Notes: generated by a model not told the origin, from the sequence alone. DNA of 64,000 nt from Thermodesulfobacteriota bacterium (GCA_965216785.1 OZ244197.1:1440001-1504000), one strand, 5' to 3'; shown: positions 9,844 through 20,417, counted from the first letter of the stretch. Translations and numbers: made by a program.

Positions 9844-11032
9844 AGAGTCTATAGAAAGAATTGAAGAGAACAGACCGCTTGGGGTTGATGGAGTATTGTC
9901 CAGGGTAAACGGCACGACAGGACGCATCTTGGATAAAGCGCTCAAGGGACAAGAGGTTAGCGTAGAGGAAGGTGTTGATCTCTTTAATATCGATGACCTG
10001 GACGAGCTTTCCGCTCTGGCGATTGCAGCTGACGAAATTAGAAAAGATGACGTGGGCGATGTTGTTACCTATGTTGTAAACCGAAATATTAACTTTACTA
10101 ATATCTGCAACACTTACTGCGGTTTCTGCAATTTTATGGCTCCGGAAGGTGATGAGAGGGCATATTTCCTCACCATGGACGAAATTGCCGATAAGGTCAA
10201 AGAAGCATGGGATATAGGCGCAACCGAGGTATGCATGCAGGGTGGAATGCACCCCGACATAGACGGCCACTTCTACGTAGAGCTTATTAAAGCTGTAAAA
10301 AAGGCCGTGCCCGATATGCATACGCACGCGTTCTCGCCATTTGAGATCTACTACGGTGCGGAGTCGCTCGGCATAAGCGAGGAAGAATTTATTGAAATGC
10401 TAAAGGACGTCGGTCACAACACTTTTCCCGGAACGGCCGCGGAGATACTGGTAGAAGAAGTCAGAAAGATAATCGCTCCCCGCAAGATGCCCACCGAAGC
10501 CTGGATCAGAATCGTTAAAAAGGCCCATTTGGCAGGTATGCACACTACCTCTACTATTATGTACGGACACGTGGACGAGCCACACCACTGGGCCGAGCAC
10601 ATAGGAATATTAAGAGACATACAGAAGGAAACCGGAGGATTCACGGAATTTGTGCCGCTCAGGTTTATACCCTGGAACACCAGACTCTTTAAGCACTCTA
10701 AGGGTAAAGTGGCTGAGGGTCCGACGGACGTTGACCAGCTCAAGATGTACGCGGTCTCAAGGCTCATGCTAAGGGGTTGGATAAACAATATCCAGGTCTC
10801 ATGGGTAAAGCAGGGACCAGAATTTGCCCAATTCTCACTTACTGCCGGGGCAAACGATTTCGGCGGCACACTCATGGAAGAGCAGATTTCGCGCTCCGCG
10901 GGGGCAGGGTACGGTCAGTATTTCCCGCCTGAGGAGTTCCGTCGCCTCACAAGAGAGATCGGCAGAATCCCCGCTGAGAGAAACACGACCTACGGCATAC
11001 GCCAGATGTTCGATCAGAACGGAAACGACTGA
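9830..11032 (+). CDS. cofH: FO synthase subunit CofH (radical SAM)
   Basis: VTYVVNRNINFTNICNTYCGFC, PGTAAEIL, STIMYGH, TGGFTEFVPL, NIQVSWVKQG, GANDFGGTLMEE; start moved to ATG 9830 (AGGAG SD), overlapping cofG. Confidence 0.92.
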   Translation: MADIKESIERIEENRPLGVDGVLSRVNGTTGRILDKALKGQEVSVEEGVDLFNIDDLDELSALAIAADEIRKDDVGDVVTYVVNRNINFTNICNTYCGFCNFMAPEGDERAYFLTMDEIADKVKEAWDIGATEVCMQGGMHPDIDGHFYVELIKAVKKAVPDMHTHAFSPFEIYYGAESLGISEEEFIEMLKDVGHNTFPGTAAEILVEEVRKIIAPRKMPTEAWIRIVKKAHLAGMHTTSTIMYGHVDEPHHWAEHIGILRDIQKETGGFTEFVPLRFIPWNTRLFKHSKGKVAEGPTDVDQLKMYAVSRLMLRGWINNIQVSWVKQGPEFAQFSLTAGANDFGGTLMEEQISRSAGAGYGQYFPPEEFRRLTREIGRIPAERNTTYGIRQMFDQNGND

Positions 11033-11070
11033 TTTTTTTAGAAATTGAGTAGGTTGGGATTGTTTGTGAG

Positions 11071-12396
11071 CTAAATCTTAGCGACTATTTCCCCAGTTAA
11101 GTCATAAATATCCGCAGCTGTGATTTTAATGCGTACCGGATTGCCTGTTTGAAGCTTTTCTTTACTCTCTATATATGTGAACCCGTCTACTTCGGGCGCC
11201 TGTGAAGAAATCCTGGCAACGTATTCCCCGTCTTCTTTGCCCTCGATAAAACCGTCATGGACAGTGCCTATCAAGTCCTGGTTTTTTCTGAGTGACACCT
11301 CGGACTGCGCTTCCATAAGTCTCTCGAACCTCTCGTCCTTTACTTCTTCAGCCACCTGTCCACCCATCTCACCTGCCGGAGTCCCTTCTTCCTGCGAGTA
11401 CTTAAACGCGCCCGCTCTGTCAAACCCCGTTACCTCTACGAATTCTAGAAGCTCCTCGAACTCCTCGTCCGTCTCTCCCGGGAACCCTACAATGAAAGTT
11501 GTTCTGAGCGTTAGGTGCTCTATACCATCCCTTAGCTGCTTTATGGTCTCTCTTATGCGTTTGCTCGACGTTTTTCTATCCATTGACTTAAGCACGCGGT
11601 CGTTAATGTGCTGAAGCGGCATATCAACGTAGGGCAGAATATTATTTTCAGCTGCTACAAGATCAACCAAAGAGTCGGTAACGCCCCATGGGTACCAGTA
11701 GTGAATCCTTATCCAGTCAATACTCTCTATTTGCGAGGCTTCCCTCAGCATAGTTTCAAGATCAGTCCCTATGTCCCGCCCATAGCTCGTCATATCCTGG
11801 GCAATCAGGTTTATCTCCCTTACTCCCTGCCCTGAAAGGCTATCGATCTCTCCGACTATGGAGTCAATTGCCCTGCTTTTCATCATCCCCCTCATCTTGG
11901 GGATAATACAAAAACTGCAGGTTCTGGAGCAGCCTTCCGATACCTTTACAAACGCGGTGTGCCCGGCGGTAAGCATTACCCGGGGACTGTCGGGGTCGTA
12001 TATTGTTCCTGGGGGCGGTACTGTCTTAGCTCTATCTTTTTTCTCTTTAGTCCCGGCGTCTTGCAATACTTCGTTAATATTCAGCAGGTTCCCTGTGCCC
12101 CAAAACGCGTCTACTTCCGGTATCTCCGTTTCCAGCTCATTTCTGTAGCGCTCTACCATACACCCGGTGACGATGAGCTTTTTGCAAGAGCCCGTTTTCT
12201 TGAGCTCCGACATTTCCAGAATCGTATCGAGCGACTCTTTCTTGGCGTCCCCTATAAAGCCGCAGGTGTTTACGATAATTAATTCCGCGTCCTGCTCGGG
12301 TGCGATTTCGTGGCCGGATTTTGTTAAAGTTCCGAGGATAAGCTCGCTGTCCACGAGGTTTTTGGAACAGCCGAGGCTGACTATAGATATCTTCAT
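11071..12396 (-). CDS. rimO: Ribosomal protein S12 methylthiotransferase
   Basis: SLGCSKNLVDSE, NTCGFI, EGCSRTCSFCIIP, TTFIVGFPGE, C-terminal TRAM (QAPEVDG). Confidence 0.95.
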   Translation of the reverse strand: MKISIVSLGCSKNLVDSELILGTLTKSGHEIAPEQDAELIIVNTCGFIGDAKKESLDTILEMSELKKTGSCKKLIVTGCMVERYRNELETEIPEVDAFWGTGNLLNINEVLQDAGTKEKKDRAKTVPPPGTIYDPDSPRVMLTAGHTAFVKVSEGCSRTCSFCIIPKMRGMMKSRAIDSIVGEIDSLSGQGVREINLIAQDMTSYGRDIGTDLETMLREASQIESIDWIRIHYWYPWGVTDSLVDLVAAENNILPYVDMPLQHINDRVLKSMDRKTSSKRIRETIKQLRDGIEHLTLRTTFIVGFPGETDEEFEELLEFVEVTGFDRAGAFKYSQEEGTPAGEMGGQVAEEVKDERFERLMEAQSEVSLRKNQDLIGTVHDGFIEGKEDGEYVARISSQAPEVDGFTYIESKEKLQTGNPVRIKITAADIYDLTGEIVAKI

Positions 12397-13517
12397 GCGC
12401 GCCTTTTTACCGTATGGTAGACCTTTCCGGAATCGACCGTCAGGACTATTTCCCCTTTGTCTTCTTTTCCGAAAGTTTCAAATGCGACAGCCTCCAGCTG
12501 TTTGGATATTATCACGTCTAGCCCTCTTGCCCCGGTCTGTCGCCTTAGGGCCTCATCTATTATATAGTCTACTACCACAGGCTCAAGGTGAAGCTTAAAT
12601 CCCTCTTCCTCAAACTCGGTTTTATAGTGATGAATCTTAATGCGGATTATTTCCTCCAGAGTCGATTTATGAAGCGGGCTGAAAGGTATAATCCTGTTGA
12701 ATCTCGATATGAGCTCCGGCAGGAACCCGAACAGATGGAACCTTGTAATATCGTCCGCCTCTTCTTCGCTCATATTGTAGGCTATGGACTCTGTTTCGTC
12801 CCTGTTCTTCTCGAGCTTTTGCATAAACCCTACGCCCTTATTGTCTATCATGTTCCTGATACCCGAGAACGCGCCTACCGAAAAGAAAGTGACGTCTCTT
12901 GTGGAGATCATCGCCCGGGGACCCCGGCTTGAAAAACCGAAATCAAGCGGTATCTGCACGTCGGTGCCTTCAAGGATCTTAAGAAGCTCCCTCTGTACCC
13001 CGTAACCCGAAACATCCTTGGTCGTGCCCTGTCCGGCAAACCTGGCGTTTGAGTACGCGCCGGCGATCTTGTCGAACTCGTCGAGCACTATCACCCCACA
13101 CTCTGCTATGTCTATACTCTCGTTCGCGGCGTATACGAGCTGTACCAGGATGTTCACCACATCGTCGCCCACATAACCCGACTCCGTGAATTTAGTCATG
13201 TCTATTATTACGAACGGCAGCTTAAATATCTCACCGAACAATAGCTCTATCAGATAGGTCTTTCCGCAGCCCGTCGGGCCCATTAGTATGGAATTAGGTC
13301 TCGGCGGCAGCTTTGCCCGGGGAGCGTTTTTAGAGTGCAGCATCTTGAGCCTCTTTACATGCCTGTACGCGGCAAGCGACACCGCCTTTCTAGCCTCGTC
13401 CTGGCCCCTGTAACCCAGCTTCTCTAGCTCGTGGAATATATTCTTAGGAGAGGGAAGGGGAACAGTTTGTATAAAGTCTTTGACATAATATACTTTTTCT
13501 CCTCTTCGCATACTCAT
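12393..13517 (-). CDS. ClpX-like AAA+ ATPase lacking the N-terminal zinc-binding domain
   Basis: Walker A GPTGCGKT, pore loop SGYVGDDV, Walker B VLDEFDK, DVSGYGVQRELLKILEG, TGARGL; no CxxC pairs at the N-terminus. Confidence 0.85.
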   Translation of the reverse strand: MSMRRGEKVYYVKDFIQTVPLPSPKNIFHELEKLGYRGQDEARKAVSLAAYRHVKRLKMLHSKNAPRAKLPPRPNSILMGPTGCGKTYLIELLFGEIFKLPFVIIDMTKFTESGYVGDDVVNILVQLVYAANESIDIAECGVIVLDEFDKIAGAYSNARFAGQGTTKDVSGYGVQRELLKILEGTDVQIPLDFGFSSRGPRAMISTRDVTFFSVGAFSGIRNMIDNKGVGFMQKLEKNRDETESIAYNMSEEEADDITRFHLFGFLPELISRFNRIIPFSPLHKSTLEEIIRIKIHHYKTEFEEEGFKLHLEPVVVDYIIDEALRRQTGARGLDVIISKQLEAVAFETFGKEDKGEIVLTVDSGKVYHTVKRRA

Positions 13518-13633
13518 TGTGCCTCCGAATTACTATAGTAGTAAGACCATTCCATATTATAGCATTTCTTAAGTACGTAAGCTCGTAAATCTTAACGTTT
13601 ATCTAAAGCCGATACGGCAGGTTAATAAATGTA

Positions 13634-13662
13634 TTGACTTAACTTGCTTTCATCACTATAAT
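13634..13662 (+). promoter_or_regulatory. Sigma70-type promoter
   Basis: TTGACT-17 bp-TATAAT upstream of the 13708 ORF. Confidence 0.75.
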
Positions 13663-13707
13663 TTGTTCATATAAGTTAAGAAACTACTTTAATGGGGAGA
13701 TGGAAAA

Positions 13708-13971
13708 ATGAAGTATATCATAACAGTCGTTTTAGGAACTATGATGTTTGCCTCAGCCGCGTTCGCGGACGAGCCGGAAATTACAGAGTACAATTATAAT
13801 CCGAGTGACGCGCTCCACCCGTTCAAGCTGATTAGCCTTGCGGGAAGGCCGCCTATCGCGATTACCAACGTGTTCGTAAAGGGTACTTACTGGGTTCTGG
13901 ACGTAGATCCGATCCGTAGGGCGTTCAACATTGAGCACAGCCCCAGTTTGCATATGGACGACGATTATTAA
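13708..13971 (+). CDS. Small secreted hypothetical protein
   Basis: Signal peptide MKYIITVVLGTMMFASAAFA|DE; GGGGAG SD; consensus promoter. Confidence 0.75.
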   Translation: MKYIITVVLGTMMFASAAFADEPEITEYNYNPSDALHPFKLISLAGRPPIAITNVFVKGTYWVLDVDPIRRAFNIEHSPSLHMDDDY

Positions 13972-14019
13972 TCCATACCCGGCCGCGCGTTCAATTTACA
14001 TTAATATTGAGTTTGGGGA

Positions 14020-14931
14020 CTAGGTCTGCATAAACATCTCTAGTATAGCTTTGCCGGCGTGGAGCTTATTTTCGGCCTGCTCAAGCACAATTGAGCTCGG
14101 TCCGTCGAGTACTTCCTGAGTAATCTCCTCACCCCTGTGCGCCGGGAGACAGTGCATAACGTAAACGCCTGTATTTGCCGCTTCTACCAGTTCACTGTTT
14201 ATTTGATATGGTTTGAAAAGCCCGTTCCTCTTCGAGGACTCTTCCTCTTGCCCCATACTGACCCATACGTCCGTGTAGAGAACATCGGCTCCTGAGGCCG
14301 CCTCAAACGGGTCGTTAACTATATCTACGACACCGCCGAGCCCTTTTGCTTTCTCTATTATCCCTGCGTCAGGCTCATAGCCCTCGGGCACAGCCGCGGC
14401 CACGGTAAAGCCCAGCACGCCGGCGGCTCCGATTAGAGAGTTTACAATGTTATTGCCGTCCCCTATATAAGCAAGCTTGAAGTTCTGTATGTCTATTCCC
14501 TTTTCCGAAATTGTTAAGAGGTCCGAGACTATTTGCGTCGGGTGCTCAAGGTCGGTCAAGGCATTGATTACCGGGACTCCCGCATGCGCGGCGAATATGT
14601 CAATCCTCTCCTGCTCAAACGTTCTTATTATCGCTCCGTCTAGATACAGGGAAAGTATCTTGGCTGTGTCCTCAATGGTCTCGCCCCGCCCAAGCTGCAT
14701 ATCGCTTGGGTTCATGTACAGCACATGGCCCCCAAGATCATTAATCCCCACTTCAAACGATACTCTCGTTCTGGTCGAGAGCTTCTCGAAAATAAGGGCG
14801 ATAGACTTCCCGGCAAGCGTCTTGTGCTCTATGCCCGATTTCTTTTCGGACTTAAGCTCAGACGCTCTATTTAGTAGAGCGGTAAATTCTTCCCTGCTCA
14901 AGTCGAAGATGCTGAGAAAATGTCTAGACAT
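14020..14931 (-). CDS. argF: Ornithine carbamoyltransferase
   Basis: STRTRVSFE, HPTQ, DVWVSMGQE, HCLP. Confidence 0.96.
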   Translation of the reverse strand: MSRHFLSIFDLSREEFTALLNRASELKSEKKSGIEHKTLAGKSIALIFEKLSTRTRVSFEVGINDLGGHVLYMNPSDMQLGRGETIEDTAKILSLYLDGAIIRTFEQERIDIFAAHAGVPVINALTDLEHPTQIVSDLLTISEKGIDIQNFKLAYIGDGNNIVNSLIGAAGVLGFTVAAAVPEGYEPDAGIIEKAKGLGGVVDIVNDPFEAASGADVLYTDVWVSMGQEEESSKRNGLFKPYQINSELVEAANTGVYVMHCLPAHRGEEITQEVLDGPSSIVLEQAENKLHAGKAILEMFMQT

Positions 14932-16126
14932 CGCCCGCCTCTTTAAGCGATTCGTTTATAATCTTGAGAGCGGAGTCGATCTCTGTCTTCTTTACGTTAA
15001 GCGGCGGCAGTATCCTCATCACTTTCTGCTCCGTAAGTATGGTTAAAAGACCTTTATCGATCGCTGTTTCAACGATCTTTTTGGCCAAATCTTTATTCAT
15101 AAATTCTATACCCAGTATCAGCCCCTTTCCCCTTACGTCTCTTATAAGCCCCGGGTACTCGTCTTTAAGCGCGCCCAGGCATTTCAAGAAGTAATCGCCC
15201 ATTTTAACCGTGTGGGCGAGCAGTTTGTCCCGCTTGATCGTTTTAAGTACCGCGAGGCCCGCGCTCATGGAGAGCGGGTTTCCGCCCAGAGTCGTACCAT
15301 GCACCCCGGGAGTGAAATGCTTTGCTACCTTGTCCGATGCGAGGAACGCTCCGCACGGCAGTCCTCCGCCGAGAGCTTTTGCGAGCGTCATAATATCGGG
15401 CTTTATGCCGCTGTGCTCATAACAAAACAGCTTCCCAGTTCTGCCAAGTCCTACCTGCACTTCGTCCAGTATAAGCAGTACTTTGTTCTTCGTACACAAG
15501 CTTCTTACTTTCTTTAGGTATTTGGGGTCAGGGAGGATTACGCCGTTTTCCCCCTGTATCGGCTCTAGTAAAACAGCGCATACCTTCTTGTCCTCAAGCG
15601 CTTTTTCAAGCCGGGGTATGTCGTTATACGCTATTGACTTAAATCCGGGCACAAGCGGTTTATAGTCCGCCTGGTATTTACTCGTAGTCGCGCTAAGCGC
15701 GCCCATGGTCCTTCCGTGAAAAGAATCCCGTGCGTGCACAATCTTGTATTTGCCCCCGTTCTTAGAGCCCCATTTACGCGCGAGCTTAATCGCTCCCTCG
15801 TTTGCCTCAGCCCCGGAGTTACAGAAGAACACCTTGTCCGCAAAAGAGCTCTCAACGAGCATTTTAGCAAGCTCAACCTGCTTTTCTATGTGAAAGAGGT
15901 TGCAGGGCTGCATGAGCTGCATTGACTGCTCTTTAACCGCGTTTACCACCTCCGGGTGACAGTGGCCAAGGTTATTAACCGCGATCCCGGTTACGAAATC
16001 AATGTACCTCTTTCCTTCCGTGTCCCATATGATAGAGCCCTTGCCCCGCTTCATCGCGATAGGGTAGCGCCCATAGGTGTGCATGAGATATTTATCTGTG
16101 CCGGAAATTATTGTCCTGGTGCTCAA
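14924..16126 (-). CDS. argD: Acetylornithine aminotransferase
   Basis: FCNSGAEANE, SFHGRT, EPIQGE, DEVQ, TLAKALGGG; lies between argB and argF. Confidence 0.93.
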   Translation of the reverse strand: MSTRTIISGTDKYLMHTYGRYPIAMKRGKGSIIWDTEGKRYIDFVTGIAVNNLGHCHPEVVNAVKEQSMQLMQPCNLFHIEKQVELAKMLVESSFADKVFFCNSGAEANEGAIKLARKWGSKNGGKYKIVHARDSFHGRTMGALSATTSKYQADYKPLVPGFKSIAYNDIPRLEKALEDKKVCAVLLEPIQGENGVILPDPKYLKKVRSLCTKNKVLLILDEVQVGLGRTGKLFCYEHSGIKPDIMTLAKALGGGLPCGAFLASDKVAKHFTPGVHGTTLGGNPLSMSAGLAVLKTIKRDKLLAHTVKMGDYFLKCLGALKDEYPGLIRDVRGKGLILGIEFMNKDLAKKIVETAIDKGLLTILTEQKVMRILPPLNVKKTEIDSALKIINESLKEAGDV

Positions 16127-17004
16127 AGGAGTATCTCCGTTCCTATTCCGGTGTCGGTAAAGATTTCCAGAATCAGCGCGTGGTCTACAGTGCCGTCTAT
16201 TATATGTACCTTTCCGACCCCTTCGTTTAACGCGTCAATGGCGCAGTTAACTTTGGGGATCATCCCGCTTGATATCACTTCTCCTTTTATAAGCTCTTTG
16301 GCTCGTGCCTCGGTCAGGCTCGATACCAGGTTTTTATCACCATCCAGTATGCCGGGCACGTTAGTAAGGAGTATGAGTTTTTTCGCGTCCAGGGCGCCCG
16401 CTATTTTCCCAGCCACGTGGTCCGCGTTTATATTAAAAGTCCGTCCCTCATCGTCAAAGCCGATAGGGGCTATGATCGGTATGAATCCCGAATTCTCAAG
16501 CACTTTAATAAGCTCGGGGTTAACGCTCTCAACTTCGCCTACCATCCCAAGATCCGCGTCTTTTGGTATGTTGACTCCGTTATCCACCGCGTGTTTATGA
16601 ACATCGAGCTTTTTCGCGAGTATCATCTTGCCTTCTTTGCCCGATGTGCCCACCGCCTTTCCGCCCATTGAGTGAATGGCCTCGATGATCTTCTGGTTTA
16701 TCTTCCCCACGAGCACCATTTCGGCAACTTCCATGGTCTTTTCGTCAGTCACGCGGAGCCCGGCTATGAACTCAGTTTCGATGCCGAGTTTTTTAAGGTG
16801 CTCTCCGATCTGGGGCCCTCCGCCGTGGACTACCACAGGGTGCATCCCCACGTACTTCATCAGCACTATGTCGCGCGCAAAGTTATGTAGATCGTCATCA
16901 CCCACGCTGCCTCCATACTTCACCACAACGGTCTCCCCGTAAAACTCCTTAATATAGGGGAGCGCCTCTACGAGCGTCTCTGCTTTTTGTATCAGTCTCT
17001 TCAT
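16123..17004 (-). CDS. argB: Acetylglutamate kinase
   Basis: EALPYI, VVKYGG, VHGGGPQI, GLRVTD, NINAD, GMIPK; start moved to ATG 17004. Confidence 0.95.
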   Translation of the reverse strand: MKRLIQKAETLVEALPYIKEFYGETVVVKYGGSVGDDDLHNFARDIVLMKYVGMHPVVVHGGGPQIGEHLKKLGIETEFIAGLRVTDEKTMEVAEMVLVGKINQKIIEAIHSMGGKAVGTSGKEGKMILAKKLDVHKHAVDNGVNIPKDADLGMVGEVESVNPELIKVLENSGFIPIIAPIGFDDEGRTFNINADHVAGKIAGALDAKKLILLTNVPGILDGDKNLVSSLTEARAKELIKGEVISSGMIPKVNCAIDALNEGVGKVHIIDGTVDHALILEIFTDTGIGTEILL

Positions 17005-17167
17005 ATGCTCTTTCCGTTTGTAAAATAAGCTCAGTAGTATAAAAGAAATAACGTTCGATGCCAACAACTTATAATATAAAGCCCCATACTGCATACCGCC
17101 CTGTCCGTCGTGGAATCGCAAAGCGCGCGATCCCCTGTTATAATTTCCCCCCGAGGTGACACACTAA

Positions 17168-17893
17168 ATGACAGCTGGAAATGATAGTAAAGATCTAGAC
17201 CTGAGAGAAAAAGGACGCGCGACAGACGGCACAGAGATTTATTCTGACAGACAGCTTCTAATGCAGTTTTTGGCATTCGGGGACTGCGGGGATACGGACG
17301 AGATTGTTGCCGCTCTTACAGACGCCCCTTTTGCCTCTGTCCTGTATGCGGATATAAATGACCCATACGGGGTAGGGCTCCTTACGCTGAGTGAGGATCC
17401 CGCGTTTTTTGTTACGGAGCTAAGAGAATTTCTCAACAGAGCGCCCTTTAGCGAGCTTAGGCTAAAACCTGAATTGACCATGCTGGGCAGGACCTACTCG
17501 CTTGGGTACGAGCCTGACCTCGAAAGGACTCTAATACACGGCCCCCGTGAGAAAGTGCTTGATCCTGAGCTCGGCTGGTCGATCTGGTATCCGTTAAGGC
17601 GAGCTAAATCCTTTGAGACCCTTTCTCATGACGAGCAGCGGGCAGTGCTGGGCGAGCACGGCAAGCTTGGGTTTAAGTTCGGCCAGGCAGGTTATGCCAA
17701 AGACATACGCCTAGCGTCCCACGGGCTCGACAAGGACGATAACGATTTTGTAATCGGCATCCTGGGTAATGACCTTTACCCTATGTCAAAGCTGATTCAG
17801 GCAATGCGCAAGACAAAGCAGACCTCAATGCATCTGGAAAGCCTGGGTCCGTTTTTTATCGGCAAGGTAATTTATCAAAGCAGCATAACTTAA
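17168..17893 (+). CDS. Chlorite dismutase/coproheme decarboxylase superfamily heme protein
   Basis: WYPLRR, proximal His (LGEHG), SHGLDKDDNDFVIG, MRKT, GPFFIG. Confidence 0.8.
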   Translation: MTAGNDSKDLDLREKGRATDGTEIYSDRQLLMQFLAFGDCGDTDEIVAALTDAPFASVLYADINDPYGVGLLTLSEDPAFFVTELREFLNRAPFSELRLKPELTMLGRTYSLGYEPDLERTLIHGPREKVLDPELGWSIWYPLRRAKSFETLSHDEQRAVLGEHGKLGFKFGQAGYAKDIRLASHGLDKDDNDFVIGILGNDLYPMSKLIQAMRKTKQTSMHLESLGPFFIGKVIYQSSIT

Positions 17894-17956
17894 TTCATCT
17901 CTAGTGCCGGACGGAAATTTTCCGGATGTTTACCCGGGTAGCGGCAGGAGAATACA

Positions 17957-18523
17957 TTGGGCTATTTCGATGATAAAAAGAACGTAGAAGAATATATCAA
18001 AATGGCTGAGGGATACGACGGGCGATTTTTAATTGATGTTCTTTTAAATTATTTGCCAAAAGGCAAGACGGTCTTGGAATTAGGTATGGGCCCTGGAGTA
18101 GATTTAATCATGCTTAGTCAGCTTTACCAGGCGACTGGCTCTGATAGCTCGGAAGTTTTTATAGAGCGGTTTAGAAAACAGCACCCGTCCGCAGATTTAA
18201 TCAGAATAGATGCTGTAGCTATGGATATCGACAGAAAATTCGATTGCATCTACTCAAACAAGGTGCTCCATCACCTTACCTCCAAAGAGCTTGAGACCTC
18301 TCTCCAGCATCAGGCGCGCGTGCTAAATAGTAACGGGATTGTCTTACACTCTTTTTGGCACGGGGATAAAGAGGAGACTCATCACGGACTCAGATTCGTT
18401 TATTATACCGGGGAGTCTTTAACAAAATTAGTCGGCTCGGAATATGAGATTCTGGACCTGCAATGTTACGAGGAGATGGAACCAGACGACTCGCTCTATC
18501 TCCTACTCAGAAAGCTCACCTAA
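17957..18523 (+). CDS. Class I SAM-dependent methyltransferase
   Basis: [22 protein letters not shown]; TTG start with AGGAG SD. Confidence 0.85.
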   Translation: MGYFDDKKNVEEYIKMAEGYDGRFLIDVLLNYLPKGKTVLELGMGPGVDLIMLSQLYQATGSDSSEVFIERFRKQHPSADLIRIDAVAMDIDRKFDCIYSNKVLHHLTSKELETSLQHQARVLNSNGIVLHSFWHGDKEETHHGLRFVYYTGESLTKLVGSEYEILDLQCYEEMEPDDSLYLLLRKLT

Positions 18524-19881
18524 AGTATGTATCGGCTAAGATCTCTGTCTTTTACGATCTCGGCAATCTTGTCCTTTACGTAATCCGCGTCTATCACGAT
18601 CTTTTCTTCGCTCATATCAGGAGCGTTGAAGGATATCTCATCCAGCATCTTTTCAAGCACCGTGTGAAGCCTCCTTGCTCCGATGTTCTCGGTAGATTCG
18701 TTCACGCTCTGTGCGGTCTCGGCTATTTCCTGAATTGCGTCCTCAGCAAATACGAGCTCGATGTTCTCTGTATGCATAAGCTCGGTATATTGCTTAATAA
18801 GAGCGTTCTTGGGCTGTGTCAGAATGCTGACGAAATCCTTCGTTGTAAGGGGCTCGAGCTCTACCCTTATCGGGAAGCGGCCCTGGAGCTCCGGTATTAG
18901 ATCCGAAGGTTTAGAAACATGAAAAGCTCCCGCGCCGACAAAGAGAATGTGGTCTGTGCGTACCATCCCGTGCTTTGTGTTCACGCTGCACCCTTCGATA
19001 ATCGGTAAGAGGTCCCGCTGCACCCCTTCTCTCGATACGTCAGGTCCCCCCGTGTTCTCGCGTCCGGCGACCTTATCTATCTCGTCAATGAAGATTATCC
19101 CCGACTGCTCCACCCGGTCGATCGCGAGCTTTACTACGTTATCCATATCGATTAGCTTCTGGGCCTCTTCCTGACTTAGAATCTCCAAAGCTTCAGGGAC
19201 TTTCACTTTTCTTTTCTTGCTTTTTTTGGGGAACAGGTTCCCGAGCATATCGGAGATGTTGACGTCCATCTCTTCAAGTCCCCCGGGCGAGAAAACCTGG
19301 ATGGGAAAGTTCTTAGAAGACACCTCGATGTCAACGAATCGCTCATCGAGCTTTCCTTCTCTAAGGAGCTTTCTTAGCTTCTCCCTTGTCTCACTCTGAT
19401 CCGTCTCTGCCTGAGAAGTCTCTCCCTCCGTATCCGCTGCGGGGGCAACTGGGGAGGGCTTTGGAAATAATAGATCCAGCATACGCTCTTCCGCTAGCTC
19501 TTCGGCTTTCGTTCTTACAGTAATTTTCTCCTCGTCCGTTACCATCTTTATAGCAATATCTGTTAGATCCCGAATCATAGACTCGACGTCTCTTCCGACG
19601 TAGCCGACCTCGGTGAATTTCGATGCCTCTACTTTTAAGAAAGGCGCCTGCGCGAGCTTCGCGAGCCTTCTGGCAATCTCGGTCTTTCCTACCCCTGTCG
19701 GGCCAATCATCAATATGTTCTTTGGGGCAATCTCGTCCTTAAGCTCGGGGTTAACGCGCTGACGTCTCCAGCGGTTCCTGAGCGCTATCGAAACGGCCCT
19801 CTTTGCGCTGTTCTGTCCGATAATATAGCGGTCAAGCTCAGAGACTATCTCTCTTGGTGTAAAAAATGTTTCGTTACTCAT
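18520..19881 (-). CDS. hslU: ATP-dependent protease ATPase subunit HslU
   Basis: [55 protein letters not shown]. Confidence 0.98.
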   Translation of the reverse strand: MSNETFFTPREIVSELDRYIIGQNSAKRAVSIALRNRWRRQRVNPELKDEIAPKNILMIGPTGVGKTEIARRLAKLAQAPFLKVEASKFTEVGYVGRDVESMIRDLTDIAIKMVTDEEKITVRTKAEELAEERMLDLLFPKPSPVAPAADTEGETSQAETDQSETREKLRKLLREGKLDERFVDIEVSSKNFPIQVFSPGGLEEMDVNISDMLGNLFPKKSKKRKVKVPEALEILSQEEAQKLIDMDNVVKLAIDRVEQSGIIFIDEIDKVAGRENTGGPDVSREGVQRDLLPIIEGCSVNTKHGMVRTDHILFVGAGAFHVSKPSDLIPELQGRFPIRVELEPLTTKDFVSILTQPKNALIKQYTELMHTENIELVFAEDAIQEIAETAQSVNESTENIGARRLHTVLEKMLDEISFNAPDMSEEKIVIDADYVKDKIAEIVKDRDLSRYIL

Positions 19882-20413
19882 CTAGTACCTCAACTGTAAT
19901 ATTATTGTTTGTATATATGCATATCTCAGAAGCTATGAGGAGCGATTCCTTTACGATCTCCTGAGCACTCAAGTCAGAGTATTTAGCAAGCGCTTTGGCT
20001 GCCGCCTGAGCGTAAGAGCCGCCTGAGCCGATGGCGATTACATTGTCGTCGGGCTCAAGTACGTCTCCTGAGCCTGAAATAAGAAACATGCTCTCGTTAT
20101 CGGCGACCGCGAGTAGGGCTTCGAGTCTTCTGAGCACCCTGTCTGTTCTCCAGTCACGGGCAAGCTCCACTGCCGCCCGTCTCAGGTTGCCCCTGTACTC
20201 TTCGAGTTTCGCCTCGAATTTATCAAACAGGGTCATCGCGTCCGCGGTGGCTCCCGAGAACCCGACAACTACTTTATCGCCGAATATCTTACGTACCTTG
20301 GTGGCTGAATGCTTTATCGCGGTGTGACCCAAAGTCACCTGGCCGTCGCCGGCCATGGCGACTTTTCCGTTTTTCTTAACGCATGCTATTGTGGTTCCGT
20401 GAAAGTTTTCCAT
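19874..20413 (-). CDS. hslV: ATP-dependent protease peptidase subunit HslV
   Basis: HGTTI (catalytic Thr), AGDGQVT, AIGSGG, ICIYTN. Confidence 0.98.
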   Translation of the reverse strand: MENFHGTTIACVKKNGKVAMAGDGQVTLGHTAIKHSATKVRKIFGDKVVVGFSGATADAMTLFDKFEAKLEEYRGNLRRAAVELARDWRTDRVLRRLEALLAVADNESMFLISGSGDVLEPDDNVIAIGSGGSYAQAAAKALAKYSDLSAQEIVKESLLIASEICIYTNNNITVEVLDE

Positions 20414-20417
20414 TTAT

